Shown piece after piece: positions 32,464 through 35,863 of a stretch of DNA of 35,863 nt. The notes under the pieces are model-generated. The model searched no databases, had not been told where the DNA came from, and was given only the letters and a program-made list of their open reading frames with translations. The position numbers and the translations under genes are program-made. Source of the DNA: Octopus bimaculoides (taxonomy: Eukaryota); assembly GCF_001194135.2 (NCBI RefSeq), contig NC_068984.1:12069132-12104994 (forward strand), written 5' to 3'. Positions within the stretch are counted from its first letter, which is position 1. Every line of letters begins with the position of its first letter.

Positions 32464-33344
32464 CACACACACACACGAATGTATGTATAACAGGAAAAAA
32501 GAACTGTGCATCGCTATGTAAATAGAAGAAAAAGGCACCAGCTAAGAAAATAATAACAGAAGGAACAAGTTGGAAATTTTCCTTTCCTCAGCTGCCCAAA
32601 CTAAGGAATTTGCAGTTTCAGCATTGCGGACAGCACTGTTTATCCCCAGTCAGTACCAACAGACTTCTTAGATACAATTGTTCAGAATAGATTTAGTTAA
32701 AACGAGACAACGAAGTGTGAAGAAATACAGTCAATATTTTTTGATGTGAGAGAAACAACAGTGGAAATGAAACAACCAGACAAAAAGGAAAAAAGAGACT
32801 TTATAGATAAATGTTTAAGTAAAAGTGACAGAGATGGTGACAGCACAAAGAACAACAAACTTAGAAGTTGGGATAAAAAGCAAAAGCAAAAAGAAAATAC
32901 ATTAGTCTTTTATGATTAATAGAAATCAAAACAAACTGAAATGTGTGTGTCTGATGCAGGAGGAAAAACTGAAAAATGAAAATTTTAAAATGTTGATGTT
33001 AGTTCTTGACAAACCAAAAGAATATTAAGAGGGACCAGAAAGATGTGCGGTCACTTGGTGAGAGACTGTTTTATTGGCTTTGTTTGGTTTCAGACACTCC
33101 TGGCAGGTCAAAGTAGACTTGCCTTTCTCTTTTTTAAATCAAGCATCAATTGTCAAAGTGTCCACTTTACATACACTTTCTGGTACTCAAAGTCTTCTAT
33201 GACCTTCTATAATGCTTTGAAATAAAAAGAAGGTCAACGATTTAGTGGACAAATACACAAGTACAGAGAAAATGTAAGTTGCAATGAAAATATAAGTTGC
33301 AGTATGTTGTCGTTGTCATTGTCGTCATCATCATCACCATTTAA

Positions 33345-33567
33345 CCCTTTCATTACCAACCCGGCTGAAACCGCCTCTGGCTCTGTAGAACAAATGTCTT
33401 GTTTCCAAAAGTTCTGAATTAAAATCTTACACCAAACCTTAGTTACAATTTTATGTTCCTAACACTAGCTTAACGATAACTAAATTATTATACTAAATTC
33501 TTTGTTATATTTAAAATTAATTGAAAGAAACACAGAACATCTCAACAGAAATACGGTAACGAAAGGG
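33345..33567. mobile_element. piggyBac-type MITE (223 bp)
   Basis: TTAA TSDs at 33341-33344 and 33568-33571. 13-bp TIR CCCTTTC(A/G)TTACC...GGTAACGAAAGGG. Confidence 0.85.
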
Positions 33568-33576
33568 TTAATGTCA

Positions 33577-33750
33577 GTTTTCCATGCTGGCATTCTTTGG
33601 AAGATTTGACTGGTGCTGGCAAACCAGAGGACTGCACCAAACTTCAATGTATGCTTTGGTATGGTTTCTACAATTGGGTACCATTCCTAAATGCCAACCA
33701 CTTTACAAAGTATACTAGATGCTTTTACATGGTACCAGCTCCAGCATGGT
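33577..33750 (-). mobile_element. Old RTE-type 3' end fragment
   Basis: TTTCCATGCTGGCA...GATTTGACTGGTGCTGGCAAACC..GACTGCACCA...GGTTTCTAC...TTCCTAAATGCCAACCAC, a diverged form of the young tail. Confidence 0.6.
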
Positions 33751-35263
33751 TACCAACTAACTTGCAAGAATCCACCCCCACCCCCTTGCCTCAATTAAGG
33801 TAGGGGAAGTATTGAGAGAAGTGGCTTTCTATCAGGTAATGAGAAATTAAAATATAATAAAGGGACAGAATCAGGTGTCTTGCTGTGGTAAGAATTTATG
33901 TTATTGAAAAGTTGTTGGTAACAACAACCAATAAACATGAAATAATATACTGTAATATTTGTAGGTTTGATATTAGTTTGTAGTAAGGAGAGAGAGAGGG
34001 GGAGATGGAGAGAGTAGAGTGAGAAAATAATGCAAGTGTCAACATGAATTGTTCAGATTGAAGGCCTGACAGTAGCCTAAGGTGTGATAGTCTATGTTGT
34101 AGAGGTCCATTGTCAAAAAATCTGGTTAGTATAAATCAGTTGATAATTACTATAGCCACTGACATGGAGGCTGGATGTATCAATTTTCCTTCTCTTTTTC
34201 TCCCTTGATAATACTATTTATATCAAGGTTGAATCTACAATGTGAGGGGGAAAAAATTGACTAATAGCTTTTTATGATGTACTTTCCCAAGCCTTTACTG
34301 GTCAATTTACTACTGATGTCATCAGTATAATTTTATGTGTATTTGCAAGCTTTCACTGGTCAGTTTATTGTTGATACCATCAATGTATTTGAATTATCCT
34401 GTTTTTCTTTATCACAAATTTTGTGATTGCAAATAAAACATCCTGATTTCAGATCTAAGTAAAGACCTGCTACAGAATAGACATGAAAGGATAAATCAAG
34501 CTTTTGCAGTCCATTGTATCCTGAAGACTTCACTGATCAAGCAATAATATTTCTCACCAATACTAACATCGATAAATGAAGAAATTATCAACCTATTTGA
34601 TAGAGAAGCAACCACTTAAAAATTGGTTCCTGCAATGATAAAGACCATCTGATGGAGTTCCTATGTCTCCCCATACTTTGGCCTTGAAAAAAAAAAAGCG
34701 TGTTTTAAGTGCTAGAGTAAAAAAATTAAATAGGGCTAATGGATTTTGTAACGAAAAAAGAATGTGAGTAATGCATTTATATAAATGGATGACTGGAGCT
34801 AGCATTATTACAGAAGATGAATATAATGGAAAACATGCCATTGTGCCAAGAATTACACTGAGATTGTCTGAGACCTCTCTCTTTCTCTCTACCTTTCACT
34901 AGACTGAAATTAGTTTCCATTTCAAATGGCTTTTATAATAGCAGTCAATAAACACCAATGGTAGTCATTTGATTAAAATGGGTTTGTTCTTCCCAACAAT
35001 TTGCACATGGACATTTTTCATGTTGCTTTGTTAAAGACTACACAGAGTGCCACAGGTATAGTGATTATGTAAAAAATAGTCACCCACAGAGTGTACACAG
35101 AAGTTTTTCAGTGTTAAAAACTTACTTCTTAAATTTTTGGTAATCTGTAACATAATGCAATAAAGCGTTCCCTGATGATTCATTGTAGTTAAGCATCCAG
35201 CTGCTCTTGGAACAACTGATGCAGAATTCAAAATAACTACAATGGTCAAATGTACATCATCAT

Positions 35264-35760
35264 CATCATCATCGTTTAATGTCTGCCTTCCATGCTGTCA
35301 TGGGTTGGACGATTTGACTGAGGACTGGTGAACCAGATGGCTACACCAGGCTCCAATCTGATCTGGCAGAGTTTCTACAGCTGGATGCCCTTCCTAATGC
35401 CAACCACTCCGAGAGTGTAGAGGGTGCTTTTACGTGTCACTGGCACGAAGGCCAGTCAGCCGGTACTAGCAACGGCCACGCTCAAAATGGTGTATTTTAC
35501 GTGCCACCTCACCTGCACAGGAACTAGTTCAGCGGCACTAGCAACGACCTTGCTCAAATGTTTTTTCACGTGCCACAGGCACAAGTGCCAGTAAGGCGAC
35601 GCTGGTAATGATCACGCTCAAATGGTGCTATTTACGTGCCACTGGCATGGAAGCCAGACAGCTGCTCTGGCAATGATCACGCTCAGACGGTGCTCTTAGC
35701 GCTCCACTGATACAGGTGCCATCATGATTTCGATTTCAATTGCTCCCAACAGGACTTCGC
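35264..35760 (-). mobile_element. RTE LINE 3' end (~500 bp) with multi-module UTR and (GAT)n tail
   Basis: (CAT)n tail, core near-identical to the young copies, then about four GTGCCAC..GGCAC..CCAG..CTGGCAACG..CACGCTCAAATGGTG modules. Confidence 0.8.
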
Positions 35761-35863
35761 CATTTTTGCCATTTTTATATTTTTTAAAAGACACTTTGTC
35801 ATTATATTTAAATACTTCATTTTATTTTCAGTGTTTCTCTGTATTTTTTGTTTTCTTCCCAGT

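Overview
AT-rich, microsatellite-dense eukaryotic (animal) DNA with five assembly gaps. The repeat families point to a coleoid cephalopod, most likely an Octopus species. This is inferred from recalled repeat families, not from a search. No complete host protein-coding gene, RNA gene or CRISPR array can be supported, and almost all listed ORFs are microsatellite or antisense-repeat artefacts. The window is a transposable-element mosaic. It holds an RTE-clade LINE RT fragment and many 5'-truncated RTE 3' ends with (GAT)n tails, two R4/Dong-like restriction-like-endonuclease (RLE) LINE copies, and CR1-like and L1/Tx1-like fragments. It also holds a maT/DD37D transposase relic, two mariner relics, piggyBac-type and hAT-type MITEs, a ~1 kb solo LTR with a perfect 4-bp TSD, and several tRNA-derived SINE families. 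A CpG-retaining segment at ~3.2-4.6 kb with a YY1 motif looks like a promoter. The most interesting signal is that both independent R4-like copies are bounded on both sides by (TATG)n/(CATA)n repeats, suggesting a tetranucleotide-microsatellite-targeting retrotransposon. Also notable are a complex inverted/duplicated SINE-mariner-RTE knot at 28.6-31.4 kb (possibly an assembly artefact), nested RTE insertions with target-site deletions, and close inverted repeats able to form long dsRNA.
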